From Isurus oxyrinchus (Eukaryota), in NCBI GenBank assembly GCA_026770705.1, contig JANJGN010000018.1, forward strand, positions 51,584,001-51,648,000: 64,000 nucleotides of DNA, read 5' to 3'. The notes below the pieces were generated by a model. It was not told the DNA's origin and ran no database searches. It saw nothing but the letters and a program-made list of their open reading frames with translations. Position numbers and translations under genes: made by a program. Of the stretch, positions 24,805 through 36,235 are shown piece by piece. The number at the start of each line of letters is the position of its first letter. Position 1 is the first letter of the stretch.

Positions 24805-27800
24805 CTGGAAATACAAATGCTCATGAGGAATTAATAACAAAACATGGATTGGCCTCTTGTCACAAATGCACATTTTTTGTGAATTAGGATACTGTCAGAT
24901 GTATGAGAAATTACAAAGTGCAGGCAATTTATTAATGATGGTTAGTTGATCTCCCATATCTTTACTCACAGATGGAGACCAGTGAAAACATGCTGAAGGC
25001 TAGATAGGAATTGGAGACTGAGGAAACTACCAAGGAGGGTGAACACAGTCCTAGAAAGAATCAGCAGGGAGGTCAGCAGAGACTGCAGCTAGTGGCAAAT
25101 GAAGACATTTTGTGTGGTACATGCAGCCAAAACATATTTTTTATTTGCTATGGGAATTATTTAACTTCCATTGGCTGGGCCACTGTCAGATCTTTTACAT
25201 GATTGTTGTTTTTACATGGACCAATCCAGTTTGATTTGGCAACTGGTCCACAGGCCAATGAAGCCTCCAAGACTCACCAAGATGGACTAGTAACATAAAT
25301 GGGACTGTATTTGTGCTAATGGTTACCTAATGATTGTCATTTTTAAAACGTGGTGTGAAGAAAATTACTATAGCTGTTAGAGCTATAAATGTGAAAGGAC
25401 TTGCAGATATGTTAAGCAGCAGGTGCTTGGCTACTTTTAGAAATCTGACAGTATCCTTATCTAATTTAATATCAAGCCCAATAACCTCACAAACTACAGC
25501 AATCATTTTATTCAGTTTATAAAAACTCCAAACTGTAGGAGCATAGCCTACTGCAATTGTATGGGTTTTCACCAGTGAGATATACTCTATAATGCAAACA
25601 AGCCCAAGGACCAATGAAGGAAAATATGGATTTATGATTAAATGATGCTAACAGAGAGTTGGGGAGCTAGACCCATAAATGTTTGCTGCTGGTTGATTGT
25701 CATGTAAAATTACAATCACTGCACAAGTATGATGCTGTGTTCATATTGCCTTTAAACAGCGTGCCTCTGCTGATTCCTCTCATACTGGTCTTGCACAGAC
25801 ATCACTACCTCTAATTAAACATGCTAGAAGTATTAAGGCAGAACACGAGGAAGATCCGTTTGAATGGCGCTAATCCCTTGCTAAATCTATGAAGCAAAGC
25901 AATTTAAAAGTGAGAGAATAGTACACAGTTGTTAAGACTTCTGAAACAGGTGCAATGATAAAAATGCCAAAAGCCATTATGTTCAGCTTGTTAACCTGGC
26001 AGAATTATCAACATATTTCCTTTTCCAAATTAGGAAAGGGATTAATTAAGAACTTGTTGAAATTGGTGTAGCAGCTTGTAAAGTGGCTGTAGGACTAGCA
26101 GAGGCCCACCCATATGCTTACCCTGCCCACAATTCTTGACTTCAGCTTGCTGTGACCAATTATTTTGTTTAATGTCACTTATGCATTTATTACCCATTCC
26201 TAATTGCCTGGAGAAGGTGGTGGTGTTGCAGTTCGTGCTTGTAGCAGTTTGATACAACTGAGTGCCTTCTGCTGCTAGCAAGCCAGTTAAGAGTCAAGCA
26301 CATTGGAGTGGGGCTGGATTCACATAGGCCGACTTGATAAGGAGAGCTGGTGTCCTTCCGGAAAGTTGTTACTGCACCAGTTGGGTTTTCTTAAACAATC
26401 CAACAACTTTACATGATGACAGCTTTTTATTTAAACTGACTTCAAATTCTCAACCAATTACAGTATTTCACCAAAGCTTTGTATGCTTTGTGACGAGGGC
26501 TTGACAGGCAGACTGGCTCAAAACTGAGGAAAATTGGTCCCTCTTTGTTAAAACATTTTCTTCCTTCAGCCTATGCGACCACTTCTGCTCGTATTGTTTC
26601 GTTGTGGAGCCCTTTTATTGCTCTTCTTTCTGCAAATGTGTACTAGGTACCTCCAACAATCCCTACATTGTCCCTGACTGTCCGCCAGTTTTTCTCCGGC
26701 TGGTTTTCCCGTCAGATAGAAAGCCACTTGGGAGGGAGAGCTTGCGGACCCTCATCCCCACCCGACCCCCCCCCCCCCCCCCCCCCCCCCCATCCCAACC
26801 CCCTCAGTGAAAAGTACTGCCATAGCCACTTAAAGAGGTTGTTGCTTGCCGCAAAAAAACCATCATCTTCACAGAATTTAAGAAACTCTCTTTAACCTTT
26901 AAATACTGCCTGGGAATTTCCTATTTACGTGATCGTTACACTACCACGACCGTGCGAAAGCTGAACAATGCGGCTTTCAGCATTGCCAGCTCTTGTCTGA
27001 CCACCCCCCACCCCCCCACCCCCCACAGAAAATAAAGGCAGAAATTGAATTATGTTTAAAGGGAAGAGGCGATGAAAGGAAAACCTGTGAGATGCGATAA
27101 CGAAAAGAGAACTAAAAAAAAAGAAATTTAGGTCAGAGGCTTTAATGAGAATTTTAGGTATCGACCTTCAAAACGCCAGACGTGGAGGTGTACATGAATA
27201 ACTCATTCGCTTTCAAAGGGCTCAGGCTACCACTTGTCTCAATGACAGATTTCTTTTGACCTTAATGCAGACTAACTGGTATTTTGACGACCCTTCCTCC
27301 TGTTTGCACAGGTACACAGATTCCTGCGATGAATATCTGTATTTGGCACGGATATCTTTCCTGTGTTTACATTGTTTCTTTTCCCAATGACAGAACTCCT
27401 GGCAAAAATGCCCTTTCCCAGACATTTGAGCACTGAAATTTCTTTGAGATGGGTGCCCGGAATAATATCGTTTAATTGTATACGTTTCCTTTAGTTTTGT
27501 CGAATGTCTATTTTACGATATGTTTTTACTAGTTGTGGGTTTTTTTAAAAAAACGCGGTCTTTTTGGTTTGGTGCTGGGTCTGGGGTAACCTCGGATATT
27601 CCTTATGGATTCGTTCGAAAAAGCAGAAAGGCCAAAGGAAGAAGTGGTTCAATTCTCATTGCCCTTTGTCGAGCCGGCTACAAGGAGCTCTGAGAATTGT
27701 ATTGATCACAATAGAGGTCGTGTATATGTAATCTAAATTATGCGCTAACTGATGCACTTCAAAACGATTGGCGATAACAAAACGAGGTAATCATTTATAT

Positions 27801-28327
27801 TTCTAGTCGAAACTCTGGGCTGTAAAAATTGAGGTGTGGCAATATATAAACTACAATTTAGATTCGAGGATTCGATACTAAAGTAAACACAGCTCCCGGG
27901 TTCCCGATGGCGAGCAGCAATGGAAGGGGTTTGAAGGGGAGAATCACAGCTTTACAGTTCAGCCCAGTCTCTGCTCCAGTGGAGCTCCCCTGTGGAATCG
28001 TTGCATTGCTGAAACTGGGAGGTAATGATTTGAGGAGCGAGTTCTCGAGGCGGGGATCATTGATCTTACCTGGTCTATCGAGTAGTCTATATTTTGTTAA
28101 CGATGGATATGGATGACGACCTGTGAGTCTCAAGCCAAGACATCTCAAAATTTGCAAAACATTTTGCTCCAAGGATTTAATTGCAGAACAATAAGGTAAG
28201 GCCATCCTGCTTACAATTGTGTTTCCCCAATAGTTTCATTTTATGAAAATTAATACTTACAAATTCGGTTCAAGGGCTGCAATGATTAATCTCCCGCATT
28301 TAACACCGAATAGGTGGGCATACTCAC

Positions 28328-28675
28328 CGAGCACATTCACAGTCATGTCCTGGGTTAACTCTTCTCCATTCTGATAGGTGACGGTGCAGGAATATATCCC
28401 GGAATCGTTCAGCATCGCATTTTGGATGGAGAGCGAGCCGTTCGGATAAATGTGTGTCCGCTGACGGTAATCGCTGAACCAGTGTGGTTTCTGGTTGCCT
28501 TTATCCAGCATCAACTGAACGATAGATCGCCGGGTCGTGCGGCTTACATATTTCCACTCTATTGTATGTATCTGTTCAGCGATGACCACGGATGGCATTG
28601 CCAGGAATACGGTCCCATTAACCGTTCCATTTACAACCTTGGGGTTGGTTCCAGTGGCCGCTGCTTGCAGTACAG
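28328..28675 (-). CDS. Exon 2: V-set Ig domain (CD2/SLAM/CEACAM/HEPACAM/VSTM5-like, B-strand Cys absent)
   Basis: 348-nt phase 1-1 exon between tctcttccag| and |gtgagt. Translation includes VNGTVNGTVFL, TIEWKY, YRQRTHIYPNGSLSIQNAMLNDSGIYSCTV and MTVNVL, i.e. V-set C-strand Trp, NGSLxI and DxGxY motifs, plus several NxT/S sequons. Confidence 0.92.
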
Positions 28676-28779
28676 CTGGAAGAGATCGTACACACAAGGT
28701 TAGGCAACAGATTTATTTCGATGCACCACAATAGAGGGACGAGGCAACAAGAATGAGCCAGTTGTGCGCAGGGAGTTAC

Positions 28780-28834
28780 CTTGCAGCCACCAACTGTACA
28801 GAGCAGCCATCGGGGGGGTTCGGGTCCAGTTCAT
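28780..28834 (-). CDS. Exon 1 (leader peptide) of a V-set Ig transmembrane receptor gene
   Basis: ATG at 28834 reads MNWTRTPPMAALYSWWLQ (second in-frame ATG at 28810), then a CAAG|gtaact donor in phase 1. A 104-nt intron joins it in frame to the Ig exon, giving ...WWLQAVLQAAATG-TNPK, which resembles a signal peptide. Confidence 0.65.
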
Positions 28835-29091
28835 CACGGAACCAAGCCTACTAAACTTTCAATATGTTTCACGAGGCGCAATTGCAACTTTCTTAATCTC
28901 TGCAAGTGATTCTCGCCTCTATTCAGGTAGTGCAGAGGAAAGCAGAGGCGGGCGAGCGACACCAAACTGCCAACTGTCTGCAATGAAAATGTAAACAGCT
29001 TAGCGAGTAACTGAATGAAAGACAGGCCCGTAGCAAAGATGGTCTCTGTGGGGGAAGCAGGGCGAGCCAGTGTCCAGCCTTGCAATTTGGA

Positions 29092-29273
29092 TAAAAGCAA
29101 AAAAAAACTGCGGAAGCTGGAAATCCGAAACAAAAACAAAAATACCTGGAAAAACTCAGCAGGTCTGACAGCATCTGCGGAGAGGAACACAGTTAATGTT
29201 TTGAGTCTGTATGACTCTTCAATAATACGGAATCGAAACGTTAACTGTATTCCTCTCCGCAGATGCTGTCAGA
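29092..29273. mobile_element. Palindromic Penelope-derived mini-insertion (second subfamily)
   Basis: Inverted arms around a ...GAAACGTTAAC hammerhead remnant. 13-bp TSD CTTGCAATTTGGA / CTTGCTATTTGGA with one mismatch. Confidence 0.8.
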
Positions 29274-30439
29274 CTTGCTATTTGGAGTATGGGAATACAT
29301 ATTTCAAGTAAAACTTTTAAATGACGGGCTGTTCTATTTACTAGATCATAATTTCCGTGTTGTGGTGGTATTCTACATAAACTGATTTAACGAATATGAC
29401 ATATTATTTAAATTGATGAAATAACGACACGGAAATAATAGTTAATATTTTAAAAGTTTACTTGATATATATAGGACGCATCTATATGTGGAGAATCCTA
29501 CCTTTGTATCTTGATTTCTTTAATCAAACTATTAGATTTTATTCCGTTTTATATCGATTTATTGGGAAAATGTAGATTGGACCAGACCAAAATTTACGGA
29601 CCGCTCGTGGTAATTGCATTCGGAAACTCCAGAAAGGTCTGACATGATTTCTGATGGGTTAGAGAAGTCACAATGATTTCGTTAAAAGGAGTGTAACTCA
29701 AGTCAAATTCAAATGAATGGCACATTATACTCAAAAGAGTAAAGGATCATAACGTATAAGTGTTCAAAATTCAATTAACAAATCGGGGCGAAAGTATAAA
29801 CAGATCGTTGGAGAACGAATTCGGAAACACGATTTTTTCAGTCGAGGTTAGTAATGCAACATGATACATTTGGATTATTCCGACCCACAACATGGACCAG
29901 ACATTTCAGTTGCGACTGTAAAACGAACACTAAACCAGCAGAAATGTTTTTCTTGTCATCAGTGTCGCTCCCATTGTTGGTTAGATACACTTCGAAGTAC
30001 TCACCGTCACTCATGGAATTTATTTTTAAAAGGTACAAGTTTAGTACTTAATGATAGGGATTTCTCGTTCCTAGTGAGACCATCAATTATGGCCTGACCT
30101 GACTCTGGTAGAGATAGTTTAACGCCACTTGGATTTTACTGTGTTAAAAGACTTGCACCTCCTGGACAATTAAACTTACAACGAATTCATTAAATGCGTG
30201 CAGTAGCTGAATATTTAGCTTGAGCGGCTGACAGTGACGTGTGCACGTCTTGTGTCACAGCTCTGTCCAGGGCAGGAAATTGTAGTGCTAGTTAGATTTT
30301 ACCTTCGAGCGCCACTTATAGAACTATAGGGTTCAAAACAGTAGCTGCCAAGTAAACGTTTCTTCCCAGATTAAGTCCACGTTTTTTTCTGAAAGCTGTC
30401 TTCTATTTCACATTGTTAGATGAACTGCAGTATTTCAGA

Positions 30440-30640
30440 AATAAAAACAAAAAAACTGCAGATGCTGGAAATCCAAAACAAAAACAGAATTACCTGGAAA
30501 AACTCAGCAGGTCTGGCAGCATCGGCGGAGAAGAAAGGAGTTGACCCTTCGAGTCATGAGGACTCGAAACGTCAACTCTTTTCTTCTCCGCCGATGCTGC
30601 CAGACCTGCTGAGTTTTTCCAGGTAATTCTGTTTTTGTTT
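30440..30640. mobile_element. Palindromic Penelope-derived mini-insertion
   Basis: Inverted PLE termini joined within the hammerhead motif. 14-bp TSD TGCAGTATTTCAGA (30426-30439, 30641-30654). Confidence 0.9.
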
Positions 30641-30675
30641 TGCAGTATTTCAGACCTACTTCATGCAAATTTGGC

Positions 30676-32447
30676 AGTAATTAAGAAATCCCAAAGAGAT
30701 TACCCACAATGTATGTTGTTATAACACACTGAGGCCAGCACAAATCCCTGTTAAATTACACCAAAATGACTAATTTATTTGATTCCCACACTGACCACTG
30801 CAAACTTACCTGATCCAATACCAATGGATGAGCTAGACATTTAATTAACCAATATAAAGGTGAACATTCAGCAATGGAGTGTACGATTTGATGAGACGAC
30901 GGGGACTGGGACGGGGTGTGGGTGGTGATAGCTGGGAATGCATAAAATACAAAGCAGTTTACTGAAAAATTTAAATAACCGATGCATGAGCATATGGCAA
31001 AGTTTATAGCGTTTATTAAAGATTAACGGTACAGCAAGCATAGGAGGCTATCATAGACCAGTGCCTATCCACGTCATGCGCCCGAGGATGGAAGAAGACA
31101 GTATAAGTAATACAGATGAACGCGAGTAAACTGAGGCAGCCACAAGTGGAGGCAGGAACACAAACAATGTTAATTCCACATTTCAGTAAGATTTTCTTTT
31201 CAAGCTTAATTATGCTAAATCCAAATTGACCCAGTCGCCCTTGGAATTGCAATAACGAAATAATTGACTGCAGGTTTAAAAGGGAAACAGATGTAACTGC
31301 CAAAAAGATTTCTATCCATCATTATTCACACGCAGGTTTGACAATTTCAATACATTTCATTCACTTACAAAGGGTTTTTGCACTCTACAAAAGCAAAATA
31401 CTGTGAACACTGGAAATCTGAGGTAAAAAAAATCTGGAAATCATCTTCATGACAGTCCCTCGGGATCGAAGATGACTTGCATCCATTCCAGTTCAATGTA
31501 CTCTGAAATGGCTGCAGACTCTGCCACAGACGGGGCAGGTGGTATTTGAAGAGTTGGGTGGATGAGTTCTTTGGGGCTTGTGTGCTCCCTCCAACTCCTT
31601 GACTTTGCTTCTGCCTGTCTCCCATGTGTCCGTGGGTACGTTTGACTTCTTTGAGACGCATTGAGGACATCCCTAAAGCTCTTTTGCTGTCCTCCAGGGA
31701 GTCTCCTGTCAGACTGAGTTCTGAGTGGAACAGTTGCTTAGGGCTTACCCAGTGGTGTAGTGGGTAATTTTGAGGTGCAGGAACTCTAAGACAATTTATT
31801 GTCTATATTATTTCTAAATCTGCTCTTACCTTGTTTTCCAATGTAGTTGTCATTTGGGTTCCCAAACATCAATAAAACTGCTTTTCAAGTGGAAAGTATT
31901 TGTGCTGGTAGGCTTTTATTTCAAACTATGTGGTATTTTGAATCATTAGTCTTTAGCATAGCTAGAATTTCATTAAGCACAGTTTAATTATTCAATTCAA
32001 GCCTTTTAAAAACATGAATTGCAGAAATCTTTACTTAATTCGGACTGGGGGGTGGTATCTAGAGGTAATTAAGAAATCCCTTACCCACAATGTATGTGTT
32101 TATGACACAGTGTGAGGCCAGCAGAAATCCCTGATAAATTACACTAAAATGACTAATTTGTTTTGATTCCCACATCAAATAATACACACTGACCACTGCA
32201 AACTTACCTGATCTAAAAGCATTTAATCAGCAAGACATTTAGTTAACCAATATAAAGGTGAACATTCAGCAATGGAGTGTATGATTTGATGAGACAGTGG
32301 GGACAGGAACAGGGACGGGGCGGTGATAGCTGGGAATGCATAGCACACAAAGCAGTTTACTGAAAAAGTTTAAATAACCGATGCATGAGCATATGGCAAA
32401 ATGGTATTAACAGTGTAGTGTTGATTAACGATTAACGGTACAGCAAG
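30676..32447 (+). repeat. Local direct duplication of ~370 bp (30676-31047 and 32065-32447)
   Basis: Both copies share GTAATTAAGAAATCCC...ACTGACCACTGCAAACTTACCTGATC...AATAACCGATGCATGAGCATATGGCAAA...GATTAACGGTACAGCAAGC, with substitutions and small indels. Confidence 0.9.
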
Positions 32448-32479
32448 CTTTTCTTGATTTATATTAATAATCTAGACTG

Positions 32480-33340
32480 GTGTACAGGGCACAATTCATA
32501 TTTGAAAATGATGCAAAACTTGGAAGTATTGTGGACTGTGAGGAGGATGGTGATAGACTTCAAGAGGATATAGACAGGCTGGTGGAATGGGCAGACATGT
32601 GGCAGATGAAATTTAATGTAGAGAAATGTGAAATGATACATTTTGGTCAGAAGAATGAGGAGAAGTGACATAAAATAAAGGGTATAATTCTAAAGGAAAT
32701 GCAGGAGCAGAGGGACCTGGATTTATATGCACATAAGTCATTGAAAGTGGCAGGGCAGGTTAAGAAAGCAGTTAATAAATTACACTGAATCTTGGTTTTC
32801 AGGGGCAGAGAGTAAAAAAGTAAGTAAGTTATGAACTTTCGTAAAACACTGGTTCAGCCTCAACGTGAAGGTTTTAGAAAGGGTGCAGAAAAGATTTACG
32901 AGAATGGTTCAGAGGATGAGAGACTTCAGTTATGCGGATAGATTGGCGAATCAATAGTTGTGAGGAGATTTGCTGGACATGTTCAAAATCATGAGGGTCC
33001 TGGACCTGGATAGCATAAATGGGGAGAATCTGTCCCCATCAGGAGAAAGTCAAGAACCCTAAGGTGATTAACAAAAAAAACAGAGGCAACATGAGGAAAA
33101 ACTTCTTTATGCAACAAGTGGTTAAGATCTGGAATGCACTGCCTGAGCATGTGGTGGTGACAAGTTAACTTACAGTTTCCTAAAGAAAACTAGATAATCA
33201 TCTTAAGAGAAAAGATTTTACAGGGCTATAGGGAAAAGATCAAGGATTGAGACTAGCTGAGTTGCTGTTGCAGCGAACTGACTCAGAGACGATATGCTGA
33301 ATAGCCTCCTCCTGGACTGGAACCATTCTATGATTCTAGT
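32480..33340 (+). mobile_element. CR1 LINE 3' fragment
   Basis: FENDAKLG.IVDCEEDGDRLQEDIDRLVEWADMWQMKFNVEKCE, followed by a CR1 3' UTR ending in ATTCTATGATTCT. Confidence 0.85.
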
Positions 33341-34136
33341 ATAGATACATTCAACGAAACTGATAAACACATGAGGAAGAAAGAAGCTGAAGGTTATCCT
33401 GATAGTGTGATCAAGAAAGGTGCGAGGAAACTTGTGTGGAACATATACACCAGCATAGATGAGGTGGGCCAAATGGCCTGTTTCTCTCTGTAAACTCCAT
33501 ACATAGCTGCCAGCAGGGAATACAAACACTATATTACATTTCACATGCTCAGGCCCTCACAGCCAAGGAATTAAGGTTCACTAGGCAAACGCAACAGGGT
33601 GTTTGAGGATATTGATGCTGCTTTAGATCCTGGGAACTTTGAGCTTCAAAGGCAGTGAAAATGTCTGTTTATGAGAAAGCTGTGTGCTGAGGGTTACTGC
33701 TGTTTTTAATAGTATTTCTTTTACAGTCAGGGAGCAGTACAGGAGGGTTACTGCTGTTACTGCTAATGCACAGTGACTCAGAGATATTCAGCACAATGTG
33801 AGGCCTCGGACCCTGGGCCCAGCCTTCCTTCTGCTACCTCTTAACCTCCCTAGACTCTGGATTAATGGCCACACTGCAGGATCCGGACATTTCAGTCAAC
33901 TCTTACGTCCAGCCGAACTAAAACTCCAGAAACTTGTGGCCAAACTTGCCCTTGTGCCCCACATCATAATGCAGTAGAAGTCACTCGACATGGTCCCCGT
34001 GCCAGCTGCTTCTGCATCACAAGTCACACAGCCCCACGTGGTTGCGAGAGCATTTCTCTTCAGTTCTGATTGTTGCCACCAGTGAGCCAAATCCTCCTGC
34101 ATGTGTTACTCCTAGAAACAGTAACTTCAATATTGG

Positions 34137-34364
34137 TAAAAACAAAGAAAACTGCGGATGCTGGAAATCCAAAACAAAAACAGAATTACCTGGAAAAACT
34201 CAGCAGGTCTGGCAGCATCGGCGGAGAAGAAAAGAGTTGACGTTTCGAGTCCTCATGACCCTTCAAGTTCTGTCGAAGGGTCATGAGGACTCGAAACGTC
34301 AACTCTTTTCTTCTCCGCCGATGCTGCCAGACCTGCTGAGTTTTTCCAGGTAATTCTGTTTTTG
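34137..34364. mobile_element. Palindromic Penelope-derived mini-insertion with a full hammerhead motif at 34266-34304
   Basis: Inverted arms essentially identical to the 12.4-13.6 kb element termini. 13-bp TSD ACTTCAATATTGG (34124-34136, 34365-34377). Confidence 0.92.
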
Positions 34365-34959
34365 ACTTCAATATTGGAGTCAGTGAGGGTAAAAATCAAC
34401 ACCAATCTTACAGATTGAAAATCCAGTCAGACAATTAATGGAGTGGGATTCCACTGAGATCAGTGGAAAGAAAAATCAAGTGGGGCATATAAGATCATAA
34501 GAAATAGGAGCAGGAGTAGGCCATTTGGTAAGATCATGGCTGATCTGATTGTGGCCTTAACTCCCAGCATCTACCCTTGGAAACAGATAAGCGAGACATT
34601 TACCCTAACCCTAACATTCAGATGCCACCACTTCTCAAGGGCAATTAGGGCAGTACATGCTGGAATAAAAACAGAAAGTGCTGGAAAAACTCAGCAGGTC
34701 TGGCAGCACCTGTGGAGAGAGAAACAGCATTAACATTTTTAGTCCAATATGGCTCTTCTTCAGGATAAATACAAGCGTTGCCAGTGCTGCTCACATCCCA
34801 TGAAAGAATAAAGAATTCTGATAAAGCACTATTGAGAGGGTTGGGTTTTAGTTGCAACATTATAGAAAGATTATTAAATATTATATATAATTATATAAGG
34901 ATAATCTCTATTGCTATAGAAAGGTGATCAAAGGCTGTGTATTTTGAGCTGACACCTAT

Positions 34960-35536
34960 CCTCAGTGCTGTTAGGTGACTAACTCCAGGCGGTAGCTCCT
35001 TGATCAGATTATCGGAGGCAGTGATGGAGTTTGGGAGGGAGAGGCCAGGCTAGAAGATGTCCCCAGGCAGGGCCAGCAGCTGGTTCCCAGACACATTGAG
35101 GCTGCTGAGGTGGAAGCAGAGGCCGAGGCCAGCGTGGATGGGGGGAGAGCCTGCTCAGGTGGTTAGCGCTCACATTTAGGCTGCTGAGCTGCTCCAGGAG
35201 GCCCAGGCTGTTGGGCAGGGAGCCAAGCTCATTCCCGGACACACTGAGGATCTGCTGGGCCTGCAGGTGCTCCAGCTCAGTGGGAAGGGTGACCAGCTGA
35301 TTTGACCTGAGCACCAGGCTCTGGAGCTGGCTCAGGCTGCAAAGCTCAGGCGACAGCTGCCGCAGGCCAGCCTCCAGCTCTAGGTTAATGAACAGCGACA
35401 GCTGGTACAGTCCATGGCCCAGGCTTCCCACCCGGACCTGCTCCTCCACCTCTGGACCCTGCAGCGCCAGCTCCCGCTGCCTCTCGGACAGAACCAGCTG
35501 GACCTCCGGCCACATAGCCCTGGCCACCACCACCAT
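34960..35536 (-). pseudogene. LRRC47: LRRC47-like 5' (exon-1-sized) pseudogene fragment
   Basis: WPEVQLVLSERQRELALQGPEVEEQV...LQSLVLRSNQL...LSVSGNEL..LP...LSSLNVSAN.L, and in another frame ITASDNLIKELPPGVSHLTALR, resemble my recollection of the LRRC47 N-terminus ([20 protein letters not shown]...). Frameshifts are present and no downstream exons were found. Confidence 0.8.
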
Positions 35537-35693
35537 CACAATTGGATATGGAGCAGCAGAACGGATGGCCAATCACCAAAGGAGAGTTTACATCCAGTGG
35601 TGCTCAGGAAATGCTGGAGTGGCGCTCCGGCAACACTACACCCCTGTGTTTATGAAATACTCAGCAGGTCAGGCAGTATCTTTGCAGAAAAAC

Positions 35694-35734
35694 AGAGTTA
35701 ACATTTCAGGCCAATAACCTTTCATCAGAGCTCT
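35694..35734 (-). ncRNA. Hammerhead motif with canonical core in an older Penelope-derived repeat (~35650-35735)
   Basis: Minus strand reads AGAGCT-CTGATGA-A-AGGTT(ATT)GGCCT-GAAA-TGTT-AACTCT. Partly decayed. Confidence 0.6.
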
Positions 35735-36235
35735 TTACATTCTCATACATTATGCATAATGTTGCAAAAACATGATGATAAAATGTAAAATGATGGATAT
35801 GCACTACAAATCAGATAGCATTTGTAAGGGAACATAGATAAGTTTAACATCAAAAATACATATTACAAAATACCCGTTCTTTAGGAGTACAATATTCTTT
35901 TCTTATCTGAAGTCTGCATTCAATGGAAACCACTGAGGTCAAACTGTCAATGGAGTACATCACATGTAACCCCTTGCTAACCTAGAGGAGGTAATCATGG
36001 AGATAGTGGAATAGGGGGCTTTTCCTTTCTGATGATTCTAAACCTGAAAGATGATTATACTACTTGTCTGAACAATTGTAATTGAGCAAACATGTTTTTA
36101 TGAGTGTAAAATAATACTTGTTGTCTGGCAAAAAGAAAATGCCATGTGCAATCTGTGTGGCAACATATGCTCATCAGATGCATTTCCTTTTTCTCCAGAT
36201 TTCAGGAGTGAACTTCAGAAGTAGCAAGTAGCTGT

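Larger units (their letters stand above)
26550..30320. promoter_or_regulatory. CpG-retaining (likely unmethylated) region around the 5' end of the Ig gene
   Basis: CG dinucleotides are visibly frequent here despite AT-rich composition, whereas flanking DNA is CpG-poor. It overlaps exons 1-2. A GAGGAA (ETS-like) site and a GGCGGG box lie ~100-120 nt upstream of the ATG. Confidence 0.5.

Noticed and set aside
26766-26791. Poly-C tract giving polyproline ORFs (also 20182-20197)
   Set aside because: Simple homopolymer; length may be a sequencing artefact; no splice or coding support.
28328-28675. Assigning VSTM5, HEPACAM or CD2 as the gene symbol
   Set aside because: Only family-level motif similarity; stalk, TM and tail do not match what I recall of those genes.
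23711-34364. CRISPR-like or MITE interpretation of the repeated palindromes
   Set aside because: Eukaryotic context, no regular repeat-spacer array and no cas genes. The 13-14-bp TSDs, asymmetric arms and identity to PLE tails point to retrotransposition.
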